Shown: positions 19,094 to 28,972 of the stretch, piece by piece
How positions within the stretch are numbered: position 1 is the stretch's first letter
Layout: each line of letters begins with the position of its first letter
NCBI GenBank assembly: GCA_965226885.1
Contig: CBDDEL010000016.1
Location: 608,001 to 672,000 of the forward strand
DNA from: Opitutales bacterium
GTDB lineage: Bacteria; Verrucomicrobiota; Verrucomicrobiia; Opitutales; UBA2987
Direction: 5' to 3'
DNA: 64,000 nucleotides
Notes under the pieces: generated by a model
The model's database searches: none
What the model was told of the DNA's origin: nothing
The model's input: only the letters and a program-made list of their open reading frames with translations
Position numbers and translations under genes: made by a program

Positions 19094-19542
19094 CTAAAGC
19101 GTCTTCTTCCCATGCTTCGATTCTCCATTTAGGAGAATCTCGTGTCCACTTTTTCCAGTGCACATCATGTAAGCTTGGTGGTAGTTGAGCAAGAGAAGAA
19201 AAGGGTGCCAAATCAGTGGTTCATCTTCCCTGTTTGTTCATTATGGGTATTCACCCATATACCGCCACAAATTCCCGTGGAACCAGCCCAGCCGCACCCC
19301 TTGTGGCATCAATTAGTTCAATCCAGGGGCCAAGGTCGTCTGTCCGGGTGTAGGGTTCCCATATCTGCAACTGCCAAGTAAAAACAATTGCCAAATCACA
19401 TTGAAAGCAGAAAATTGGATCGAAATAATGGAAAGTAGCTATTTTCAACGATTACGAATGTTCATATGGGAAATCTCGGTTTAAGGTTCATCGAGAAGGA
19501 ATTGCGGCGTTACAACGACGAAGGCAAGGGTTGGGTTAAGCA

Positions 19543-20712
19543 ATGGAAAAAACGGCAGACGCTGTGGTGATTGGTGGCGGCATTATGGGAGCCAGTGCCG
19601 CCCACTTCCTGGCCAAGAAGGGACTGGGCAAGGTCGTGTTACTGGAGAAACGTACCCTGGCCGCAGTGAGCACGGGACACTCGGCGGCGAATATCCGCTG
19701 CGCTTACTCCAATCCGGTGACGATTCAGCTTGCGCTGCGTGCATTCGAAATGTTTGAGAACGATCGCGAAGAGCTGGGTGGCGACACCGGCTTTCGACGG
19801 ACCGGCATGATGATCCTGTTGGGGGAGGATCAAGTTGCCGCCGGCAGAAAGGTACTGCAGGCGGAGCGGGAACATCACACGGAAACCAGGGAAATTGGAC
19901 TTGGGGAAATCAAGGAACTCGCTCCGCAACTCAATCTGGACGGAGTTTTCTGCGCGACCTATCAATCGCGAGGGGGTTATGCAGATCCGTTGCGGACTAC
20001 CCAAACACTCGTAAAGCGGGCAAAGGAGTGGGGGCTGTCAGCCTACGAAGGAGTCGGTGCCGGCAACATTCAGATCGACGGCGGTCGCGTCAGCGGCGTC
20101 CAGTCCGACTGGGGCTTCATTCAAACACCGCTGGTGGTGAATGCGGCGGGACCTTGGGGAAGCCACGTCGGGGCGTCGGCCAACCGAAATTACTCCATCC
20201 GCTGGAGCAGGGAGTCCGACCTCGTGCTGAGGCTGCCGTCTGACTTCGGTGATTTCCCCATCATTGCCGACCCAGGCTGCCACATCTACTTTCGGCCTCA
20301 TGGGGAAAACAAGCTGTTAGCCGGCTTGGACTATCCCAAGGAAATTGAGCCACTGGATATCAACCATTATGACGCCGACCTGGACGCCAACACCCGCCGA
20401 CGGATCGAGCAGGGGCTGTTTAAGCGAATCCCCGCGCTGCGAGACGCGGAGTTTGATCGCGGATGGGCTTCCATCTACACTATTACCGGTGACTGGCACC
20501 CGTTGGTGGGCGCTGAGGCAGGCATTGAGGGCTACTATGCGTGTTTCGGGGGCAGCGGGCACGGTTTCAAGCTTGGCCCGCCTATCGGCGAGGCTTTGGC
20601 CGGCGTCATTGTGGGCGAGAGGCCCAAGATCGACATCCACGCCCTGCGGCCGAGCCGATTCGAGGAGGGAGCCCTTTTCACTTCTGCCTGGGGTGAAGGC
20701 AATCGCGCCTGA
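19543..20712 (+). CDS. FAD-dependent oxidoreductase (DAO/sarcosine oxidase beta-like)
   Basis: Motifs VIGGGIMG, VVNAAGPW, GGSGHGFKLGP. Confidence 0.9.
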   Translation: MEKTADAVVIGGGIMGASAAHFLAKKGLGKVVLLEKRTLAAVSTGHSAANIRCAYSNPVTIQLALRAFEMFENDREELGGDTGFRRTGMMILLGEDQVAAGRKVLQAEREHHTETREIGLGEIKELAPQLNLDGVFCATYQSRGGYADPLRTTQTLVKRAKEWGLSAYEGVGAGNIQIDGGRVSGVQSDWGFIQTPLVVNAAGPWGSHVGASANRNYSIRWSRESDLVLRLPSDFGDFPIIADPGCHIYFRPHGENKLLAGLDYPKEIEPLDINHYDADLDANTRRRIEQGLFKRIPALRDAEFDRGWASIYTITGDWHPLVGAEAGIEGYYACFGGSGHGFKLGPPIGEALAGVIVGERPKIDIHALRPSRFEEGALFTSAWGEGNRA

Positions 20713-20794
20713 ACAATTGGGTGCGGCGGAATCACGAATTGTTTCTGCCTTTCAGGAGAATCACGGGCAGAAACTTTTGATTCTAAGAAACCCT

Positions 20795-21124
20795 CTATTT
20801 CAATTCCCATCTCGCCGGGTCGATACCCGGAGCATCGACCGGCATTTTGTCCGGTTTGTCGGGAGCATCGTGGGCCCAGATGCGCTGATTTCGGTCCTTC
20901 AACACGGCTTGCACTTCAGCCGGACATTGGGCCAGCTTTTCGTGGAGTTCATCCCGATACTGACGGGCTTCTTTCTGCGCCTTTCTTTTGCCTCCACATT
21001 TCAGATCACTGAAAAGTTTGGGGTAGGTTTTCCCGTTTTTAAACCCTCTCACATTCCATCCGTGGACTGTTCCCGAATCAATGCGGGTGATTCCTTTATT
21101 TCTTGGGTCTTTTCTTTTAGCCAT
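20795..21124 (-). CDS. Small AP2-like DNA-binding domain protein
   Basis: ITRIDS...HGW.VR...G....KLFSD.K.GGK.KA...A..YRD. Confidence 0.6.
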   Translation of the reverse strand: MAKRKDPRNKGITRIDSGTVHGWNVRGFKNGKTYPKLFSDLKCGGKRKAQKEARQYRDELHEKLAQCPAEVQAVLKDRNQRIWAHDAPDKPDKMPVDAPGIDPARWELK

Positions 21125-21148
21125 AAGCCAAAAGCCTTACCAATCTTT

Positions 21149-21937
21149 TTAAGCCTGCAAAAGTTCTGGCTTGTTCATTTTCCAGGCGGCAGCACCAGCC
21201 AACAGGGTCATTAAAACTATGATGCCCCATTCGTTCAGTGTCGGGATGACATCAGCGCCCTTTCCTGCCGGAATAGGTTTGTCAGCCTCGTCTTCCCAGG
21301 CCCAGTCCACGATGGTAATCGTCTGGATGTTCGCCGCAAGATTGACCCGTATCCAGCCGTAATGCAACGGCCCATTTTCTACTTTCGTAAACCGGACCCC
21401 GATGTACTTGTTTTCCGCACCGGGAAAATTACCATAATGATCACTAACAGTACCAAACCCAATTACCACGTCACTGTTGCTAGTCCAAAATCTACTTGTT
21501 TGAGAGCTGATGCTGCCAATATTGTAGTTTGCGGTCAAAGCCTTGGCATTGGCATAGGGGAACCCGTCAAAAATATACGAGCCAAGGACACTCGCCGATT
21601 CTTTCAATTGATAGATGAAGGCGAGGCCAACGCCAGGTTCCGGGGTGGCATTAATTATACTAAATTCATCATTACCATCACCGTCTACATCAATGTTATA
21701 CTTGTGATTCGTAGTGTTCGTAGCCATCAGCATAATATCCCTCACACCGCTGTACTGTATGGCAGCCTCGGCTGCAGGGGCCACGGCCAGGGCGGCCCCA
21801 CCAGCGGCGGCGCTGGCCAGGGCCAGATTTCCAGGTCTTGCTGACCCTTTCCCAGCGGCAAGGGCCGATGCCCGGTAGGCCTCCAGCTTGTCCTTTAAAT
21901 CAGTGATTTTCTTAACTGCTGGTTTTTTCATCATCAT
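21149..21937 (-). CDS. Secreted IPTL-CTERM sorting-domain protein
   Basis: Long Ala-rich signal region; HYGWIRV..DWAWE domain; C-terminal IPTLNEWG plus TM helix. Confidence 0.85.
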   Translation of the reverse strand: MMMKKPAVKKITDLKDKLEAYRASALAAGKGSARPGNLALASAAAGGAALAVAPAAEAAIQYSGVRDIMLMATNTTNHKYNIDVDGDGNDEFSIINATPEPGVGLAFIYQLKESASVLGSYIFDGFPYANAKALTANYNIGSISSQTSRFWTSNSDVVIGFGTVSDHYGNFPGAENKYIGVRFTKVENGPLHYGWIRVNLAANIQTITIVDWAWEDEADKPIPAGKGADVIPTLNEWGIIVLMTLLAGAAAWKMNKPELLQA

Positions 21938-22162
21938 GTATGAGATTTTGGGAGTGAACTGACAGATTTGTACTTCCAGTACTAAAAATCTGACTGGATT
22001 TTGAAATACCCTTAGATGACTTACATGTCTACAAAATCTACACCTACGTCTACACCTACGAGGATTCTTGCATATCAGGTGCAACCCAGGTGCAACCTCA
22101 AGAGCAGGTTCTTACTCCTTTTTTTCTAGCCGGCGCGGGCAAAGCCCGACAGTCTTCCGGAT

Positions 22163-23890
22163 ATGAAACAGGAAATCAATCGTCGTAAGTTCTTGGGAAC
22201 ATCGATCGCGGCCGGCGCGGGCCTGACGCTTGGGGCTTTCGCTCCGCGGAGCAGGGGTCAGCATAGTAAAACGTATCAGACTTCTTCACCCAAGCTGGGA
22301 TACATCTCCCCTCGTGGAAGCCGGCGGATCATTTATGTCAGCGATCCCTCCAGTATCGCCTCAGGTTATTTACCCGATCCAGCCTCTGAGGCAGATTTGC
22401 GCCGATGGGTGGATGAACTGGCGCACGCACAGGTCGATACTTTTATCCAGGAGGCTTACACCCAGGGGTGGACCACCTATTGGCGAACGGATGGTTTTGA
22501 GTATGACGCCCGCCCGCAGCATCGCCGCTTTCTTCCTCTATTGGATGAGGGCATACAACCGCTGGAGGTGCTTCTGGAGCAGGCTCATGAGCGAGGCATG
22601 GAATTTCTGGCGGGTATCCGAATCAACGATAATCATGGCCATATCTCGGTAAAACAAGGCGTGGGTTTCGGAGCCTCCTTTCTGGCAAATAATCCACAGT
22701 GGTTATTAAAGGAGGCGCCGCCGGGGCCCTATTATCAGCTAAGTTCGCCCATGGACTTTAGTTTTCCCGAGGTGCGGGACTACCTTTTCTCCGTCACGGA
22801 GGCACTGGTCAGCCGTTTTCACGTTGATGGCCTGGAATTATGCTTCCGGGACCATCGTTACTTTCCGCCCGACAAAGGGCGGGAGGGACAGCCTCTCATG
22901 ACCGAACTGGTTAGGCGGATCCGTCAAATGCTGGACCAGAAGGGCCGAAGTAGAAACAAGAAGTTGCAACTTGGAGCGCGTGTTTACCAGACGGTGGAAG
23001 AATGCCAGATTCAGGGACTGGATGTCTCGGGTTGGATTTCCGAAGGCCTGCTGAATTATCTTGCCCCGGGTGATGTCATGTACTCTGATTTAAACGCCCC
23101 TTATGAGCAATTCACTCAACTGGCCCGCGCCTCGGATTGCCTGGTCTATCCGGCGCTTCTACCCTGGAGCAGCCTAAGGATGAGGCGCCGCCTTGGGGGA
23201 ATGCCTATCTCGCTTGAGCAACAGCGCGCAATCGCTCAGAACTTCTACGGGGCCGGAGCCGACGGGGTCTCATTCTATAACCACTTCGTCACCTTGAAAT
23301 GGGCGCCGTTCTATCCGATGATGCTGCACGATTTCGTTGAACTGAAAAGCCCGCCGCAAGTCTCTCGAGGAAATCGCCATTACGTCTTTGAACCCATCTG
23401 GGCGGGCTGTAAGGGCTTCGGCGGCGAGGGACGCACCTCAACCGGCGCCCTGAAGGCAGATCGGATCGTCCTGAGGCGCGCCGACTCGGGGGCCGGGGGA
23501 AGCTATCGATTTCGCATCTGCGAGGATTTTGAGCAGGTGCGGAGAGCGGCGCTGCTATTTCGCGGCCATCCCATGACGTTAAAGGACAAGCTGGAGATCC
23601 GGCTCAACGGAACTCCGATCTCTTCCGCAGCGCAAAAGCGACGAAACGACGAACAGCGGGTGGACATGGCCGCTGTGGTAGATGTAAGTTCCCGGACTGC
23701 TGCCGGCGAGACGCTTGTCCCTGAGATTCCCAGCGGTCCAATTCTGACCACCTGGTTCGAACTCACGGCTCCCCCGGCCGTGTATGGGGACAATTGGCTG
23801 GAGGTAACGTTGGTCGAAGCCGATTGCGAGCTCTCTCAGGATCTCGTCATTGACGAGATTGAAGTCTTCATTCGGCCAAAGCGCGCCTGA
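22163..23890 (+). CDS. Tat-exported glycoside-hydrolase-like (GHL10-type TIM barrel) protein
   Basis: NRRKFL twin-arginine signal; RIND.H, DFSFPEVR, VDGLELCF, GADGVSFYN. Confidence 0.7.
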   Translation: MKQEINRRKFLGTSIAAGAGLTLGAFAPRSRGQHSKTYQTSSPKLGYISPRGSRRIIYVSDPSSIASGYLPDPASEADLRRWVDELAHAQVDTFIQEAYTQGWTTYWRTDGFEYDARPQHRRFLPLLDEGIQPLEVLLEQAHERGMEFLAGIRINDNHGHISVKQGVGFGASFLANNPQWLLKEAPPGPYYQLSSPMDFSFPEVRDYLFSVTEALVSRFHVDGLELCFRDHRYFPPDKGREGQPLMTELVRRIRQMLDQKGRSRNKKLQLGARVYQTVEECQIQGLDVSGWISEGLLNYLAPGDVMYSDLNAPYEQFTQLARASDCLVYPALLPWSSLRMRRRLGGMPISLEQQRAIAQNFYGAGADGVSFYNHFVTLKWAPFYPMMLHDFVELKSPPQVSRGNRHYVFEPIWAGCKGFGGEGRTSTGALKADRIVLRRADSGAGGSYRFRICEDFEQVRRAALLFRGHPMTLKDKLEIRLNGTPISSAAQKRRNDEQRVDMAAVVDVSSRTAAGETLVPEIPSGPILTTWFELTAPPAVYGDNWLEVTLVEADCELSQDLVIDEIEVFIRPKRA

Positions 23891-24238
23891 CAGTTCGGGC
23901 GCCACTCCCCAGGGCTCGAAGCTAAACCCCATTGTTTCAATCGCCTTCCCAAGGGCGGAGTGTTTGTTGTTTTTGCTCAATGTGTTATGAATTTTTTCTG
24001 GTGTTTTGAAAACCGCCCTGAAAGTGACGATGCCAACCTGCCCTTGTGAAGGCTAAAATCGACAAGCGCCAATAGCTGCGTTCCAGCCCGGAAACCGCTT
24101 GGTTACGTAGGGTACTACGCTCCCGCGTCGGTTTCCGGTCTGCGCCTTGCTCTTCATCACTTCTCGACTTTTTGAAACATTGGGGTAAACAATCTGTTTT
24201 CTGTTTTTGGAAATGCTGGAAGGGAGGTTTGAAGTGCA

Positions 24239-24470
24239 ATGCGGCTTATTCTGATCGGATGCGAATATGTCGGAACGACGACGCTGGCCGATAAGATCGA
24301 AGCGTGGCCGTTGGAGAAGATGGGCGCGCGTTTCAACGACTTTCATTCGCATTGGAAATTCCCGCATATCGCGACGAAACCGGTGAGCGAGGAAGACCAG
24401 GTCCTCATGATGCAACTCAGCCCGGAGATGAAAGAGCTGATCATGCGCACGAACCTGGAGTATCACCTTT
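24239..24470 (+). pseudogene. Truncated P-loop (NMP-kinase-like) hypothetical gene
   Basis: RBS GGAGG; MRLILIGCEYVGTTTLA...; collides with the convergent gene after about 76 codons. Confidence 0.5.
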
Positions 24471-24473
24471 TAA

Positions 24474-25052
24474 TTAATTTTTTGAGTTAATCTTTTCAAT
24501 AGCAACATATTCAGTATAGCCCTTCACCATTGCGCGAACACACTCACCCGGTGTAGGGCCACCTTCCCCAATCCCTCGACACGGCTCTTCAATCAGCTCG
24601 GGACGGTTCTGTCGTACCCAGTCACGCGCTTCATAAAAAAGAGGAGGATCGTTTGAAGAAGTCGTCACAGAGAGGATTCGCCCCTTTTTTACGGTCACGT
24701 GAAATGTATCGGTGACGTAGAAATCGATTTCAAGTGCGCCGATCAGGTCATCTTTCACTGTCACTGGACAAAGGACCAAAGAATCATTCCTTGCTACGCA
24801 CGGGTGTCGTTCAATAATTTCATAGTTACCACCCTCTGCCCATCCTTGGTAGTACAAGATAGAAGGTTTGGATTCTTCGGCATATGCTAGAGTGGATTCG
24901 AGTTCATCTGAATTGAACGAATAGAAGGCATCGATGAATTCATTTGCTGCCGCGACGTTTTTCTCCACTTCAACCGAAGAATCAGAGCGCGACGAGTCCT
25001 TACACCCGGACACAAACAACAGGGACATCAGTTTGACCGCTTTAATATACAT
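24474..25052 (-). CDS. Putative lipoprotein
   Basis: Lipobox-like LLFVSGC; 192-aa ORF. Confidence 0.6.
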   Translation of the reverse strand: MYIKAVKLMSLLFVSGCKDSSRSDSSVEVEKNVAAANEFIDAFYSFNSDELESTLAYAEESKPSILYYQGWAEGGNYEIIERHPCVARNDSLVLCPVTVKDDLIGALEIDFYVTDTFHVTVKKGRILSVTTSSNDPPLFYEARDWVRQNRPELIEEPCRGIGEGGPTPGECVRAMVKGYTEYVAIEKINSKN

Positions 25053-25389
25053 TTCATGCAATTCTGATTTGAATACCATTGTGGCTTCCTAACTATATGT
25101 AGGCGGCAAATACACAGCCCCCTCCAATTAGGCAGATTATCCTTACGACCACTGACCACTATTTTCAAGGATATTTGTGGATGCTTTTCCCCCTTTTTGT
25201 TCATTATGGGTTTTCACCCCTTAAACCGCCACAAATCCTGCAATAGGCCTCTTTCTGAAGCCTCCAAAATCCACAAAAATGAATGATGTTTGCCCCGATG
25301 TTTCATTAAGGGCATTCACCCCTTACCCCGCCGCAAATTCCCTAGGAACGGGCCTGGCCGCGAGGCGGGTATCTCTATTGTAGTGACAT

Positions 25390-25878
25390 TCATTTCACCT
25401 CGTATCGGAATGTGAACCTAAGCGTCTCGGTCTTTTGGATCTTTTTGAATGTCAAATTTGGCGACTGTGTGGCACCTAGGACAATGTTGCTGGGCCCAAC
25501 CAATTCATCACCCCAATTTTCGAGTGATGATGACGAAATCCTGAGCGTGGCAATGTCGAATCCATCATCATCATACAGTTTGAGAATGAAAGCCTCTGGA
25601 AAGATAAGGCCGCCTGGGTGTTCGTCGCTTTTGCCGATGGGCCAATTCCGCCACGTGTAATAAGTATCCTTATCAACTGTGAAAAGAAAAAGGATTTCAG
25701 CAGCACCGGCGCCAGTGGGACGGATTACCATTTCCACGCTCTTAATGTAGTCTTGCTCAAATTGGTCGTAGATGACACGGAACGTTTTAGGGCGGTTGAG
25801 CCAGAAGCCCAGCACTATGGCCAAGACAAGAAACGCAATCAGTGCCCCAAATCTAGTCAACTTGTGCTTCTTCTTCAT
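25390..25878 (-). CDS. Hypothetical membrane-anchored protein
   Basis: Basic N-terminus, one TM helix, then a soluble domain. Confidence 0.55.
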   Translation of the reverse strand: MKKKHKLTRFGALIAFLVLAIVLGFWLNRPKTFRVIYDQFEQDYIKSVEMVIRPTGAGAAEILFLFTVDKDTYYTWRNWPIGKSDEHPGGLIFPEAFILKLYDDDGFDIATLRISSSSLENWGDELVGPSNIVLGATQSPNLTFKKIQKTETLRFTFRYEVK

Positions 25879-25984
25879 GTCATGCTTCGCCCAACGACCC
25901 GTGATTGATCTGCGGCGTCTACGCAGCCCTTGATTGATTACCATAAAATTTTGACCGAAATTTGCAAGTGGGTCTGTAGAACAG

Positions 25985-28000
25985 TTAGCCACCTTTTCTG
26001 GAATTAAGAGTGAAGCCCGAGATAATCCGCTCAATACTGCTGAGTTCGGATTGATGACCTAGATAACTGCAAATCAATTGCTTACCCGTAAATATGAAGA
26101 ACGTGCGATGTTCTTCGAACTTAGGAAGAATTAGGAAGTAGATTACCCCCTCTTCTTGAATATTGAGAAGAGAGTCAACACCAGTGAATTGCTTACGAAC
26201 CATGTCAAAGCGCAGGAGTGTGAGTGTCTTGTTTTCCAATGTTATGGGATTGAATTTAGAAGGCCTAAAACGCCGCCGACCTTTAAACACATGCTTTTCG
26301 ATAAAGGTACCTCTTCGCTTCAGGTATGCTGTAAACCAATTTTGAATGTCACTTCCCTTTTGCGGCTCGGAGAAACGATCCACGAAGACATATCCCTCAA
26401 GCGCGGCACCAAATCCTTGACCGACACCACCCGTCTTTTCTAAGAATATCAGGTTTAAATTTGGGGTAGTGTATAAAAAAAGAATGTTATTTTGTATTTT
26501 TAGCTGTACAAATAGCGTTAGGCAGTTTATTCTTAGTGCATGGTTACTAAAATTATTAATTGTCGGCACTGTGGAAGTGAAAATATCATTAAATTTGGCA
26601 AGACGCCCAACCATAAACAGCGCTACCGCTGCCATGATTGTGGTAAACAAAGCCGCGAAAACCCCACAGTGAAATACACCGAAGAGCAAAAAGAAATGAT
26701 CCTTCGAGTCTATCAGGAACGCAGCAGTCTACGCGGTTTACAGCGCGCCTTCGGGGTGAGTCCCAACACCGTTTTGAGTTGGTTAAAAAAAACGACAATC
26801 GCTGCGACCGCTCAAAAGCACGATTCTTGCGGCCCGCCGCCATGATGTCATTGAACTGGACGAACTGTGGTCTTTTGTGGGGCGCAAGAGCGATGCCCAA
26901 TGGGTTTGGATCGCTCTTTGCCGACGCACCCGTCAAATCCTCTCCTATGCCATTGGGCCTCGGGATTGGTATCGTTGCCGGGAACTTTACGAGCGTCTGC
27001 CACGGGCCTACAAAAGATGTGCCACCTACAGCGACTTTTGGAGCACTTATGATGAAGTCTTTCCTCATAACCGATCCGTGGGAAAAGAAACCGGTGAAAC
27101 GGCCCATGTGGAACGATGGAACAATACCCTGCGCCAACGACTGGGTCGTTTCACACGCAAAACCCTCTCCTTTTCCAAGCTTAAGAGTATGCATGAAACC
27201 TGTCTGAGACTTTTCATTCATCAATATAATCAAGAATTAGCCACCATTCCTACTTAATACACTACCAAATTTGGATTGGCTTCAATATTCCAGATGTGGG
27301 GTTCAACATCAAAGTCGACGGAGAATCCACCGCCGTTAAACGTCTTCATTCTATCCTCCGGTAATTCCTCAGGGAGAAGAAAATCTTGATTATTAAGAGC
27401 AAGTCCGGATATAATTCGATCAACAATCTCATTTAATTTTACTCGGGAATGTCGCACATTATGATACCACTCCCCCAACTGTGAAACCACCTGTCTTCCA
27501 GCAAACACGAAAAACGAGTCGTGTTTCTCGAACTGAGGAGGTATCAAAAAATAAATCATTCCCTTTTCTTTACCCCTAATCTCGTTTCTGGACGCCATGG
27601 TTGGTTTAGGAACCATATTAAAACGCAAAAGTGTTTTCTCTCCTCGCGTCACAGGATTTCCCTCGACGTGCTCAAAGTGCCGATCCCCTCTGTATAAATG
27701 TCTTTCGATGATTGGGGCTTTGCGGATTAGGTATTGCGCAAACCAATCCTTAATGTCATTTCCGCCGGGTGGCTCTTTGAAACGATCCATAAACACAGTC
27801 ATCCATAAATGTGAATAACCCGACTCAGGATCTCCCATTTCAAAGAGGATCGAATTAAGGTCGGTAAAGCCATCAATCCGCCATAATTCGCGCTCATACT
27901 CAAATTCGACCGAAAACGTGCCACCATCAAACGTCCTAATTTCCGAATACAACGATTGAGTCGTGAAAATAAAGATCAGGGCTAAGACAATCTGCTTCAT
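25985..28000 (-). pseudogene. Secreted protein with two homologous domains, interrupted by IS1
   Basis: Removing 26465-27266 plus one TSD copy restores a 1206-nt frame. Internal duplication: VFMDRFKEP..DI.DWF..YL versus VFVDRFSEP..DI.NWF..YL. Confidence 0.8.
26465..27266 (+). mobile_element. IS1-family element copy 1 (insA 26540-26845, insB to 27257; A8 junction)
   Basis: IRs GGTAGTGTAT/ATACACTACC. 8-bp TSD AAATTTGG. Zn-ribbon plus HTH, and DELW DDE domain. Confidence 0.95.
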
Positions 28001-28005
28001 TTGTC

Positions 28006-28806
28006 GGTAGTGTATTAAGTAGGAATGGTGGCTAATTCTTGATTATATTGATGAATGAAAAGTCTCAGACAGGTTTCATGCATACTCTTAAGCTTGGAAA
28101 AGGAGAGGGTTTTGCGTGTGAAACGACCCAGTCGTTGGCGCAGGGTATTGTTCCATCGTTCCACATGGGCCGTTTCACCGGTTTCTTTTCCCACGGAGCG
28201 GTTATGAGGAAAGACTTCATCATAAGTGCTCCAAAAGTCGCTGTAGGTGGCACATCTTTTGTAGGCCCGTGGCAGACGCTCGTAAAGTTCCCGGCAACGA
28301 TACCAATCCCGAGGCCCAATGGCATAGGAGAGGATTTGACGGGTGCGTCGGCAAAGAGCGATCCAAACCCATTGGGCATCGCTCTTGCGCCCCACAAAAA
28401 ACCACAGTTCGTCCAGTTCAATGACATCATGGCGGCGGGCCGCAAGAATCGTGCTTTTGAGCGGTCGCAGCGATTGTCGTTTTTTTAACCAACTCAAAAC
28501 GGTGTTGGGACTCACCCCGAAGGCGCGCTGTAAACCGCGTAGACTGCTGCGTTCCTGATAGACTCGAAGGATCATTTCTTTTTGCTCTTCGGTGTATTTC
28601 ACTGTGGGGTTTTCGCGGCTTTGTTTACCACAATCATGGCAGCGGTAGCGCTGTTTATGGTTGGGCGTCTTGCCAAATTTAATGATATTTTCACTTCCAC
28701 AGTGCCGACAATTAATAATTTTAGTAACCATGCACTAAGAATAAACTGCCTAACGCTATTTGTACAGCTAAAAATACCAGATAACATTCTTTTTTTATAC
28801 ACTACC
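28006..28806 (-). mobile_element. IS1-family element copy 2 (A7 junction; single in-frame transposase 28015-28731)
   Basis: Same IRs; 801 bp; no TSD. Confidence 0.93.
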
Positions 28807-28972
28807 CTAATTTTCATCGGTTTAGAAAGCCAATAACCCATTTCATATTTCACGAACGATCAAGTCCAGCGATGCCGGCCCAATGGCCCTGCTTTGGAAC
28901 GGCGGGATAAACCGGCATTCGCTGGGACGTCTGGTTCGGTGCATTTTCCATTTCAGTCTCCAATCGCATCCG

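Larger units (their letters stand above)
15545..19167 (-). mobile_element. IS3-family element 'A' disrupted by nested insertions
   Basis: IRR TGACGTGTACTGGATTTGTTGGACACG at 15545 pairs with IRL TGATGTGCACTGGAAAAAGTGGACACG read inward from 19167. orfA is split into MGRRRF (about 19095-19113) and LSATEV... (16522-16752). No TSD. Confidence 0.85.

Noticed and set aside
20345..21214. 289-aa ORF and the many other antisense or shifted ORFs over core genes and transposases
   Set aside because: They are shadow frames of better-supported genes with no recognisable motifs.
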